Of a stretch of DNA of 64,000 nt, positions 1-7,832 are shown in pieces. A program made the position numbers and the translations under genes. Each line of letters begins with the position of its first letter. Within the stretch, counting starts at the first letter, position 1. This DNA is from an uncultured Ignavibacteriota bacterium (GTDB taxonomy: Bacteria; Bacteroidota; Ignavibacteria; Palsa-1295), in assembly GCA_903900335.1 (NCBI GenBank), contig CAIUMP010000030.1, positions 8,068-72,067 on the forward strand, written 5' to 3'. Under the pieces are notes generated by a model, which ran no database searches, was not told the DNA's origin, and saw nothing but the letters and a program-made list of their open reading frames with translations.

Positions 1-2739
1 GCTCCGTGTAGCCTGCTGATCGATATTTGCCAGAAAACGATTGGTTCTTCCCTTGCGCTGAGCGACCGTGACAAAACCACTCGGCGCTCCAGTTGAATCT
101 AGGCCATACAGCCGCACGGTATCAAAATCGCTTGTGAAGGTAAGGCGAAGATTCGCGGCACTCATTATGGTTGGACCATGTCCAGTATTTTTTCCGTATC
201 CTACCGTATCGATCCATCGTGTACCAGTGTTTTGAGTCCGAGTCGAGACAGAAAATACTCCCTGCTTCATTGAGTCTGAAAAGACGTAGTCAAATGAAAG
301 ATTATCGTGTGATTGATCAAGCCGCTCTATCATCAGTTTTGGAAAGACCACGGAATCAGTTATGTAACCCGTGAAGGCATAAGCATGCGGTTCCGAAGTC
401 ATAAACGTACCCTCCGTTGGATTCCAAACTATCCGATTCGTTGATGAAGTATCCCCAGATGGATAGGTGAGATCACCAGAAACATGATTATACAAATTCT
501 CCGCCGCTTGTTGGTGCACAGGCGCATCATACCGTTCTCGTACACCGATCGAAGTCATGATCGCCTGACCCTGATAAACCTGATTGTACCCCTCCTGACC
601 AAATTGACCCCTATTGTTGGGATAGTGGGGAAAAAGGTTCACGTCATCAGCATCATGCTCGATCGTATCGAATACATTGGATGCCGGAACAAGGCCATTG
701 CGGAAGATATAGCTCGCTAGCGGCATTTGTGCCATTAGAGCGTGGTTTGAGCTAATGTTGTTCCACGCGAAGGTCTGGTACCCAGGCACAATGGTGTCAG
801 TGAATAGCTCTTCTCGTCTCCCGGCGTATGGGGAGAAGAAGATCCCATCCCAGTCCTGATAGGCCGCATACACCACTGGGATGATAGCTTGCTCGGAAGC
901 ATTTTGGTTAGGAATAGGTACACTCCACTGCCCGAGGATGTGGGCCTTCCCAGCGGTGCTGCCAGCTGCCGTTAATGCGAGGGCAAAGAAACCGTTGTCT
1001 TTGACCATGGAGTAATTGCGAATCATCCACGATGAATCGGAGTAGGGAGTACTGCCACGAGCACTAACATAATCCCACCCCGTGTGTGTCTCAGTTACCT
1101 CACCAACTTTGAAGGCATGGTAGTCGAGGATCGTACCCCAGTAGTTTGCCTGGGAAGTATTTACAAGCCCTGCAACGGAGAGCGAATCACGCAGCAGGCG
1201 CACCATACCCCCATAGTAAGCACGTTGAAGCGAATCGAAGAACATGGTTTCGTCTCGCGCTCTTCGAACGGACACTACTTGCATCGTGTCGTAAGCAAGA
1301 CGCTGTATTTGTGACCCGGAAAGAGTCTCCCCAGCCTTCAATCCTTGTTCCGGCGTCTGCTTCAGAATGAAGTTGTCGAACACCACGTCCCCAGAATCCC
1401 CAGAGAGATATGTGCCCACGTATTCCACCTTATTGGACTGGGCTCGAAATGAGAAAGTGAATTGCTGCCACGCAGTGTCAATGATGATCTGATTCTGTAA
1501 GCTTGTAACCTGTTGATCGGTCACGATCACGATCCCACTCCTCGGCACTCTTGCCCCAGGACTTGGGCGCACCTTCGCCCAAAACGAAAGTTGATAAAGA
1601 GTATCAATGCCGCAACGTGCAGTGTTGTTATAGAAGAGTATATCCGTCGGTCTCGACGTGCCGGCGCTGTTAGTAATGTGAATCAAGTCGGCCGTTTGCC
1701 CGTCAACCCCAGGGCCGACAAGAATCTGGCGTGCCATGACAGGGGCGTTCGCATACACATTCCAACTGTTGTCGAAAGTCTCGAAACTGGGATTTACAAT
1801 CAGGTTCGTCTGATTCACCGCTTGATTTCCTGCCCAGGCACTATTCAGCGCGGCGTCACTTCCGTACTTCCTAAGGAGGTACCCTGAAAAGAGAGTATCG
1901 AGCCGACGAGACTGATGGTAACTCACCGTGTATTGTCCGCGATCAAGCGCATTATTCGCATCCACATAATTCAATCTACCGAGCCTCCAAAAGAACGGCA
2001 TTGTTTGGTCCTGGAGAATTTCGAAGCAAGCTATCGCAGGATCTTTCCCAAGCGCAATGCCAGTCAATGGGTTGATGTGCGATGTAAACGCTCGGGCCCA
2101 CTTATGCTCCAGCCACTCTGCTTGTGGGTAGAGAAAGTGTATAATCGCTGATGTACCATAGACGCCCGTCATGGAATCCACGGTGGGCACTCCCTCATCA
2201 AATGCAAAGTGATGCGCACTGTTAAGCGTAAGGAACACATAGATCCCTTGTGACTTAAGGGTGGCAAGAAGCGTATCCAGCTGAGCGAGACGCACCGGAT
2301 TGACATCATAGCTGGATGTATCCTGGGCCCCAGAATTTTGGTAGTAGTGGAAGATGCTTGCCTCGTCCCATCCAAAATAATCCACGTAGTTCAACCGGAG
2401 TGCATTGAAACCCATCTTCCGCAGGCGCTTTGCTAGAATGAGTGCCTTTGTGCCATCGATGAAGTTTGCGGTGTATTGAATCTCAGTGCCGAAAAATTTT
2501 ACTCGTGTCCCATCAGCCGCGACAAAGTGTCCCTCCGGTGACAGATGCCACACTCCATGCTTCCCCGCCGGCCCAGGTTCTATCGACGGCAGAAGAGTCG
2601 TCGAAGCTGTGTCCATCGATGATAGCGTGAAGGGGAATGGCCGGGTAATGGGCTGGGCAACCACGGCGCGGGCAAGAACCAAGAGTAACAAGGTGATCAC
2701 ACCTGCGACAAATTTCCGCGCTGTTCTGTTCGTTCGCAT
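1..2739 (-). CDS. Secreted TIM-barrel glycoside-hydrolase-like protein (clan GH-A/GH5-like N-terminal half, CBM4/9-like middle domain). The C-terminus lies beyond the window edge.
   Basis: The reverse complement reads as an uninterrupted frame of more than 900 codons from the ATG at 2739 (an alternative ATG sits at 2757) to position 1, with no stop. The ORF track omits it because it runs off the window. It has an N-terminal signal peptide, MRTNRTARKFVAGVITLLLLVLARAVVAQ. GH5-like motifs are present: KRLRKMGFNALRLNYVDYF and GIYVFLTLNSAHHF. A CBM-like stretch reads NPSFETFDNSWNVYANA. The plus-strand ORFs at 171-2794 are fragments on the opposite strand. Confidence 0.6.
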   Translation of the reverse strand, partial: MRTNRTARKFVAGVITLLLLVLARAVVAQPITRPFPFTLSSMDTASTTLLPSIEPGPAGKHGVWHLSPEGHFVAADGTRVKFFGTEIQYTANFIDGTKALILAKRLRKMGFNALRLNYVDYFGWDEASIFHYYQNSGAQDTSSYDVNPVRLAQLDTLLATLKSQGIYVFLTLNSAHHFAFDEGVPTVDSMTGVYGTSAIIHFLYPQAEWLEHKWARAFTSHINPLTGIALGKDPAIACFEILQDQTMPFFWRLGRLNYVDANNALDRGQYTVSYHQSRRLDTLFSGYLLRKYGSDAALNSAWAGNQAVNQTNLIVNPSFETFDNSWNVYANAPVMARQILVGPGVDGQTADLIHITNSAGTSRPTDILFYNNTARCGIDTLYQLSFWAKVRPSPGARVPRSGIVIVTDQQVTSLQNQIIIDTAWQQFTFSFRAQSNKVEYVGTYLSGDSGDVVFDNFILKQTPEQGLKAGETLSGSQIQRLAYDTMQVVSVRRARDETMFFDSLQRAYYGGMVRLLRDSLSVAGLVNTSQANYWGTILDYHAFKVGEVTETHTGWDYVSARGSTPYSDSSWMIRNYSMVKDNGFFALALTAAGSTAGKAHILGQWSVPIPNQNASEQAIIPVVYAAYQDWDGIFFSPYAGRREELFTDTIVPGYQTFAWNNISSNHALMAQMPLASYIFRNGLVPASNVFDTIEHDADDVNLFPHYPNNRGQFGQEGYNQVYQGQAIMTSIGVRERYDAPVHQQAAENLYNHVSGDLTYPSGDTSSTNRIVWNPTEGTFMTSEPHAYAFTGYITDSVVFPKLMIERLDQSHDNLSFDYVFSDSMKQGVFSVSTRTQNTGTRWIDTVGYGKNTGHGPTIMSAANLRLTFTSDFDTVRLYGLDSTGAPSGFVTVAQRKGRTNRFLANIDQQATRS

Positions 2740-2831
2740 TCGTGTATCAACATTCATCCACGCTGGCACCGCGAACCTGCTTTGCAAGACATGAACGCCG
2801 GAAGTCGGATCAGTTACTGAGGTCACCATAT

Positions 2832-3587
2832 ATGAAGTATTTTCGGAGACAGCGAGGGTCACCGACTGCCGTCACCAAGATAGGAGCGGCAACCGGACAA
2901 GCAATAGAGACGCCGGATAAGAAAGTCCAGCCGTTACTATTTCATTCCCTGCGCCCGTGGGTGATTGCCTTTCTCCTTGTTCTACTTGGGCTTTCTTCCA
3001 GGCTGAATGCACAGCCCAACTCCACGGACTCCCTGCAACTCCGAACAACCTACTTGTTTGCTGGCATCGGCGGATTCTTACCCTTAACGGATAGTTATCG
3101 GCTTAACTACTCGACTCGGCTGGCGGGCATCCCATTAGAGCTTAATGGCGGCTTCCTCTTTCCCATCTCGCATGATGTGCTCGCGCCGGTTACCGTGCGC
3201 TATGTGAGGCGCGTGGCCAACTTCATTGACGCAACGGACATCAAAGTGCTTTCTCTCGAGCCCGGAGTTCGATTCTATCTTGAGAAGGAAACGCTCAACG
3301 AACTGAGAGTCTTTGGCGGAGTCGAAGGGCTTCTGGCGCAAGCGAGCGTTGCTTCTGTGTACGACGTTAGTTCGAATGGGGAAGTAACAGGCCAAGCTGC
3401 GGCAGGGAAGGATTACTTCAATTTCGGCATCGGCTTTGACCTTGGCGTGCAGTATCCTTTGACTCCGACCACCTCTCTGGACGGCACCGTCCACACCTCC
3501 ATTTATGTTGCCAATGCCGTCTCACACGGTGGGCTTGGGAACATCGGTGGTGTCTCACTCACCGCTGCTTACAGATTCGGATTCTAA
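2832..3587 (+). CDS. Outer-membrane beta-barrel protein (PorT/OmpA-like OMP_b-brl family).
   Basis: The ORF runs 2742-3587, and ATG 2832 (MKYF) is the more plausible start because the 2742 start would overlap the upstream gene. It has a hydrophobic signal-like segment (WVIAFLLVLLGLSS), alternating amphipathic beta-strands, and ends in AAYRFGF with a terminal Phe, typical of OM barrels. Confidence 0.5.
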   Translation: MKYFRRQRGSPTAVTKIGAATGQAIETPDKKVQPLLFHSLRPWVIAFLLVLLGLSSRLNAQPNSTDSLQLRTTYLFAGIGGFLPLTDSYRLNYSTRLAGIPLELNGGFLFPISHDVLAPVTVRYVRRVANFIDATDIKVLSLEPGVRFYLEKETLNELRVFGGVEGLLAQASVASVYDVSSNGEVTGQAAAGKDYFNFGIGFDLGVQYPLTPTTSLDGTVHTSIYVANAVSHGGLGNIGGVSLTAAYRFGF

Positions 3588-3593
3588 CAAGGA

Positions 3594-4013
3594 ATGCTGC
3601 GACGACTTATCATACTCCTACCCTTCGTTCTGCTTTTCGGATGCACGAGCACATCCTCGGCCCCGGAGGGTTCGATCCGGCTCAACTTTGTGAAGGGGAA
3701 GCAACTCCCATCTTTACCTGACTCACTGCTACCCATATTTCCGAACCCCTTCAATCGTGCTTCAGGCGATACCAGCCTGAGCGTGCAGTTCAATATTAAG
3801 CAGACCACCACAGCGATCCTCCTAATCCAGAATGCGCTGGGCGATGAGATCGCTGGCTTCTCCGATACAGCCCTCGCCCCTGGATTTTACAGCGGGCATT
3901 GGAACCCAATTGGCTCCGATGGTGCTCGATTGAATTCTGGATTGTATTTCGTGACACTCCGCACCAACTCGTACATCGACTCGCGTCTGGTCAACATTCA
4001 AACAAATGAATAA
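3594..4013 (+). CDS. Small lipoprotein consisting essentially of a lipoprotein signal peptide plus a T9SS C-terminal sorting domain.
   Basis: The N-terminus is MLRRLIILLPFVLLFGCTS (lipobox LFGC). Residues ~45-135 match the TIGR04183-like pattern: FPNPFN...TAILLIQNALGDEIAGF...GFYSGHWN...SGLYFVTLRT. It starts 7 bp after the upstream barrel gene and overlaps the next gene by 8 bp. Confidence 0.6.
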   Translation: MLRRLIILLPFVLLFGCTSTSSAPEGSIRLNFVKGKQLPSLPDSLLPIFPNPFNRASGDTSLSVQFNIKQTTTAILLIQNALGDEIAGFSDTALAPGFYSGHWNPIGSDGARLNSGLYFVTLRTNSYIDSRLVNIQTNE

Positions 4014-4971
4014 GCGTTCTCTTTCGGTCATCCTCGTTGCGATCATCGCCTTCGCACAGGTCGCCACCTCACAAACCGCAGAGTCAGAGCGGCTCGACCG
4101 CTATATGAAATTCGCTCACCCGCTAGGAACGGTTCGGATGGAATTCCTCGGACCGGACAGTGGATACACCTTTTTGGTGATGCCAACAAAGGAGACTACG
4201 GAAACGGGCGACACCGTGGTGAAAGACCACGCCTACCTACTCGACCTCAACTTCGCGCACGATGGCGGCTATCTGGCCCCAGACACGATGAAGACCTTCT
4301 CGGACTATACGACGTTCGAGTTTCAACTCACCAAGGATCATCTTGTCCATCTACAACTTGCACCAGGACACACGCATGAGGAGTACAAAGCACTCGACAC
4401 AACCTTCAACGGTACACTCGGTTATGGCTTCATAAAGCAGTTCGTTTCCGTCTTCAATTTTAAGAAGAACACACTAACTCTCTATCCGCTCTTTGCGAAC
4501 CTGGATATTGCACCAGAGGACCCAAAGAGCATCCAACTACCATTGCTTGATGACGCAAAGATCACCTACTGCGGCTGCTCCTACCCGAGCATCTGGTTAG
4601 AGGTAGAAGCTCCGCCGCTCACACCAGGACACGTGAATCTCGCATTTCACAGACCGCTCTCGCAGGTCTTCGTAACAGCTCTCGACAAGAAGACGCAGAA
4701 TATCATTGCCAAACAAGCGCACGCCGATTCTCTCGCGAACAGGCCGGGAAGACCGCTTGGACTCAATCTTTCAGAGTTCACCGTCGGAAAAGGAACGCCG
4801 CAGGCACAGAACATCGCCGGGCGCGGCCCGCACCGAGAGATTGCCCAGCTTCCGGCACAATACCACGATCTCAGCATAGCCACGCTCGGCACGCTCGGCA
4901 CCGATGTTCTCCGTACCTTCTCCGGGTTGATTATCGATCCGTCGAGGAATAAGTTGGTGTTTGTGAAGTAG
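4006..4971 (+). CDS. Secreted hypothetical protein with a possible bilobal pepsin/retropepsin-like fold. No DTG/DSG catalytic motif is evident.
   Basis: It has a signal peptide, MNKRSLSVILVAIIAFAQVATSQ. Two copies of a GxLGxxFxxxF...N(K/T)L(T/V) hairpin-type motif occur: GTLGYGFIKQFVSVFNFKKNTLTL and GTLGTDVLRTFSGLIIDPSRNKLVF. This resembles the hydrophobic-Gly motifs of aspartic-peptidase lobes. It is translationally coupled to the upstream gene. Confidence 0.45.
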   Translation: MNKRSLSVILVAIIAFAQVATSQTAESERLDRYMKFAHPLGTVRMEFLGPDSGYTFLVMPTKETTETGDTVVKDHAYLLDLNFAHDGGYLAPDTMKTFSDYTTFEFQLTKDHLVHLQLAPGHTHEEYKALDTTFNGTLGYGFIKQFVSVFNFKKNTLTLYPLFANLDIAPEDPKSIQLPLLDDAKITYCGCSYPSIWLEVEAPPLTPGHVNLAFHRPLSQVFVTALDKKTQNIIAKQAHADSLANRPGRPLGLNLSEFTVGKGTPQAQNIAGRGPHREIAQLPAQYHDLSIATLGTLGTDVLRTFSGLIIDPSRNKLVFVK

Positions 4972-4997
4972 GGGTTCGCACGAACGGTAGGCGGCTT

Positions 4998-5044
4998 ATG
5001 TCCGCTTGGCATAGTACCTAGGTAATCGCAAGAGGCGGACATTC
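4998..5044. repeat. Palindromic hairpin element, unit 1 of 4 (ATGTCCGC-N29 containing CCTAGG-GCGGACAT).
   Basis: The arms ATGTCCGC (4998-5005) and GCGGACAT (5035-5042) are inverted repeats. The spacer is centred on CCTAGG at 5017-5022. Confidence 0.6.
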
Positions 5045-5125
5045 GTTTGCGGAATCGAATAGTCACTAGTTTCAATTCACAGGTAAGCGCGAGTTTTGAC
5101 TTCCGGCTTATCCTTTCTATTCACT

Positions 5126-5173
5126 AATGTTCGCCGCTTCAATCCCCTAAGGAATGTGTTCCGGCGGACATCC
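5126..5173. repeat. Palindromic hairpin element, unit 2 of 4 (a degenerate copy).
   Basis: The arms are AATGTTCGCCGC (5126-5137) and CGGCGGACATCC (5162-5173). The spacer contains CCTAAGG. Confidence 0.5.
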
Positions 5174-5257
5174 GATACTCGTGTCTGGCTGCTTGTTCTA
5201 TATCTATACTAATAATATTAAGTATTATTATAGACCTACCAGTAGCTTGGTGGTCGT

Positions 5258-5303
5258 GAATGTCCGCCACAAATCTCTCCCTAGGTTTTAACGAGGCGGA
5301 CAC
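5258..5303. repeat. Palindromic hairpin element, unit 3 of 4.
   Basis: The arms are GAATGTCCGCC (5258-5268) and GGCGGACAC (5295-5303). The spacer is centred on CCTAGG at 5279-5284. Confidence 0.6.
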
Positions 5304-5424
5304 TTACCGTCCGGGAACGATCAAATCGTTGTCTGTAGGCGACACAAGGAATTGATCAGTGGCAGGATTTTACAAGAGATCACGTTCGCTCAACGGGTGT
5401 TTTGAGTAGTGACTTTTGACTTTC

Positions 5425-5474
5425 CTCTTCAAGCGAATGTCCGCCACCAGCCATACCCTATGGTTCTGAGGAAA
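5425..5474. repeat. Palindromic hairpin element, unit 4 of 4.
   Basis: The arms are GAATGTCCGCC (5425-5435) and GCGGACATTC (5465-5474). The spacer has a CCATACCCTATGG palindromic centre. Confidence 0.6.
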
Positions 5475-5529
5475 GCGGACATTCAGCCCGTAGTGCAAGT
5501 ACGAATGAGTATGCGACACGCAACATGCC

Positions 5530-6813
5530 TCACGTATATCGCACCCACTTCGCGATCTCACTCAACTTGAATTTCTTCCCATACATCAGAATCCCGACGC
5601 GGTAAATGCGCGAGGCGACCCAGAGGCAGCCGAAGAACGTGCCGATCATTAGCACCACCGAAAGCGCGATCTGCCAGAAGGGTGGCGTCTCGGTGAAGAT
5701 GCGGGCGAGCATGAGGATCGGTGAGAAGAACGGGATGAGCGACATCACCACGCTCTTCGTCGCCGATGGATTTTCGATCACACCCTGCAAGAGCACGATG
5801 GGAATCACAAGCAGCATCACCACAGGCATGGAGACCTGCTGCGTGTCGCTCGCTGATTCTGCCGTCGAGCCGATGGCAGCGTAGAGCGTCGCGTAGATCA
5901 GGAAGCCCAACACAAAAAAGAGAATGAAGTAGAGGAAGAGGAAGGGCGAGATCGACGGCAGCAGGCCCTCGCCAATGAACGCGCTTGCAGCGGAGAGTCC
6001 GAAAGTGGTGACGAGCACGAGCATAAGCGCCCACACGCCAACTTGAATGAGTCCCGCGCTTGCAACACCAAGCACCTTACCAACAAGAAGCTCGAACGGA
6101 CGAACGCTTGATGCCAGCAACTCCACAATGCGCGTGGACTTCTCTTCGATCACACTGTTCATGATGAGAGTGCCGTACATGATGAGTGAGATATACAGGA
6201 TGAACGCTGTTAGGAACGCCATGACCATTCCAACGCCACCATTATCCTTCTTCTCTGTTCCCGCTTCTACCTTTAGGGTCTCGACCTTCACGCCGGACTC
6301 CACATTCGACACGCTCGATGGATCAATGCCGCGCACCCGCAGCTTCGCATCGCGGACTGCGTCGCGGTAGAAATCCTTCAGTGCAGTGACGGAGGTAAAG
6401 TCGCTTGGGTTGTGCAGCTTGATCTGCGCCGTCGATGCGCTGTCCGCAATAGCCCTCGCGGGGATCACCATGTAACCCGTGATCGCCTTGCTCTCCACAA
6501 GCTTGCTGAGAGAGTCCATCGCCGTTGGAGAAGGAGCTACAGCTTCGATCGTCACATCCTTCCGGAATTTCTTGGAAAAGAAATCTGTCGCTGTGTCCTT
6601 CGACGCCGCCACCATAGCCTGCGCCAACTGGCCTCCGGTACTATCTATCACCACCAAATGGCGAACATCTCCGGTGTTCGTCGCAGAGAAGTACGCCGGT
6701 ACGAAGACGAGCGCACCCATCAATAGCGGCCCAACGAGCGTCATGATGACGAAGACCTTCGAGCGGACCTTCTGCAAAAATTCGTGCTTGAGAACAATAA
6801 ACGTTTTATTCAT
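5530..6813 (-). CDS. ABC-2 family transporter permease (NatB-like Na+-efflux-type permease).
   Basis: The 427-aa product has one N-terminal TM, a large extracytoplasmic loop, then five C-terminal TMs (FLTAFILYISLIMYG, VGVWALMLVLV, FLFLYFILFFVLGFLIY and others). Its start (ATG 6811-6813) lies 12 nt downstream of the ABC ATPase stop (6826-6828), i.e. a same-strand gap typical of an operon. Confidence 0.75.
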   Translation of the reverse strand: MNKTFIVLKHEFLQKVRSKVFVIMTLVGPLLMGALVFVPAYFSATNTGDVRHLVVIDSTGGQLAQAMVAASKDTATDFFSKKFRKDVTIEAVAPSPTAMDSLSKLVESKAITGYMVIPARAIADSASTAQIKLHNPSDFTSVTALKDFYRDAVRDAKLRVRGIDPSSVSNVESGVKVETLKVEAGTEKKDNGGVGMVMAFLTAFILYISLIMYGTLIMNSVIEEKSTRIVELLASSVRPFELLVGKVLGVASAGLIQVGVWALMLVLVTTFGLSAASAFIGEGLLPSISPFLFLYFILFFVLGFLIYATLYAAIGSTAESASDTQQVSMPVVMLLVIPIVLLQGVIENPSATKSVVMSLIPFFSPILMLARIFTETPPFWQIALSVVLMIGTFFGCLWVASRIYRVGILMYGKKFKLSEIAKWVRYT

Positions 6814-6825
6814 TGCGGCGTAAGC

Positions 6826-7755
6826 TTAGAGTGTGGAGGTGACTTCAGGCTGTTTGGCGATTGCTTCGAGGAACAGTTCTTTTATCGGCGGCTCAACGAT
6901 CTCCCACTTCTGGACATCCAGTTGCTCGCTGACGAGTCGTAGCACATCCTTCGGCAATTCACCTGCGCCAAGCTCCATCAGTATTTCGTTCGGCATGTGT
7001 TCGAGCACTTTGACTCTGCTTTCACCCAATCGTTTGAGGAAGGATGCATCGCCTGAGAATCGCAGCGAGATGATCGTTCGGCCTGAACGCGCTTTCAGAT
7101 CTCGCACTTTACCAGCGAGGACAATCTTGCCATTGTTCATCATCGCGATTTCATCACAGAGCTGTTCGACTTGCTCCATGCGGTGCGTCGAGAGAATGAT
7201 CGTCTTGCCCGCCGTGCGGAGTTCGAGAATTACTTCGTTGATCAGCTCCGCATTGACGGGATCGAGACCGGAGAGCGGTTCATCGAGTACGAGCAGTTGC
7301 GGGTCGTGCAAAAGCGTGAGAATAAACTGCACCTTCTGCTGCATTCCTTTTGAGAGATCGCTGGTCTTCTTTTTCTCCCACGATTTGATCTCAAATCGCT
7401 TCAACCACTTCTCGATGGACTCCTTCAGCGCTGCGGGAGCCATTCCTTTCAGCGCACCGAGATACTCAAGTTGTGCGCGAACGGTGAGTTTGCGGTACAA
7501 CCCGCGCTCCTCCGGCATGTAGCCAATCTGGTTCTGGTGGTCGTTGTTTTGCGGCTCTCCGAAGAGACGAATCTCCCCGCGATCAGGCATTGTGATGCCG
7601 GTGATCATGCGGATGGTTGAGGTCTTGCCAGCACCGTTCGGGCCCAGCAAACCGAAGATGCTGCCTTGCGGAACGACGAACGAGACTTCATTGACAGCAA
7701 GTTGCCTGCCGTAGCTTTTGGTAACAGCGTTTAGAGTTAGAACAGGGGTGGACAT
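6826..7755 (-). CDS. ABC transporter ATP-binding protein (NatA-like).
   Basis: It carries Walker A GPNGAGKTS, the ABC signature LSKGMQQK, Walker B LLVLDEP and an H-loop STH. It is 309 aa. Confidence 0.9.
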   Translation of the reverse strand: MSTPVLTLNAVTKSYGRQLAVNEVSFVVPQGSIFGLLGPNGAGKTSTIRMITGITMPDRGEIRLFGEPQNNDHQNQIGYMPEERGLYRKLTVRAQLEYLGALKGMAPAALKESIEKWLKRFEIKSWEKKKTSDLSKGMQQKVQFILTLLHDPQLLVLDEPLSGLDPVNAELINEVILELRTAGKTIILSTHRMEQVEQLCDEIAMMNNGKIVLAGKVRDLKARSGRTIISLRFSGDASFLKRLGESRVKVLEHMPNEILMELGAGELPKDVLRLVSEQLDVQKWEIVEPPIKELFLEAIAKQPEVTSTL

Positions 7756-7776
7756 AGCTGAAGTAATATTATGAAA

Positions 7777-7798
7777 AGAGGGGCTGGCCAGCCCCTCT
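7777..7798 (-). terminator. Putative rho-independent terminator after the 353-aa T9SS gene.
   Basis: The perfect palindrome AGAGGGGCTGGCCAGCCCCTCT is followed on the minus strand by a U-rich tract (UUUCAUAAUAUUACUUC). Confidence 0.45.
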
Positions 7799-7832
7799 AA
7801 CTTCTATTGAATGAACGCTAGGATGGAAGGAG

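Noticed and set aside
171-2794. Plus-strand short ORFs (171-374, 484-720, 1084-1370, 1513-1887, 1915-2151, 2486-2794) that look like a fragmented pseudogene.
   Set aside because: The opposite strand carries one continuous, protein-like reading frame across the whole region. The plus-strand fragments are shadow ORFs of that gene.
4972-5529. Possible CRISPR array.
   Set aside because: The repeats are inverted palindromic pairs with alternating orientation and irregular 125-170-bp spacing, not direct repeats with uniform spacers. No cas genes are present.
5370-5561. A 63-aa ORF inside the palindromic-repeat intergenic region.
   Set aside because: It overlaps repeat unit 4. It has no signal or domain features and GC-skewed nonsense composition, so it is probably spurious.
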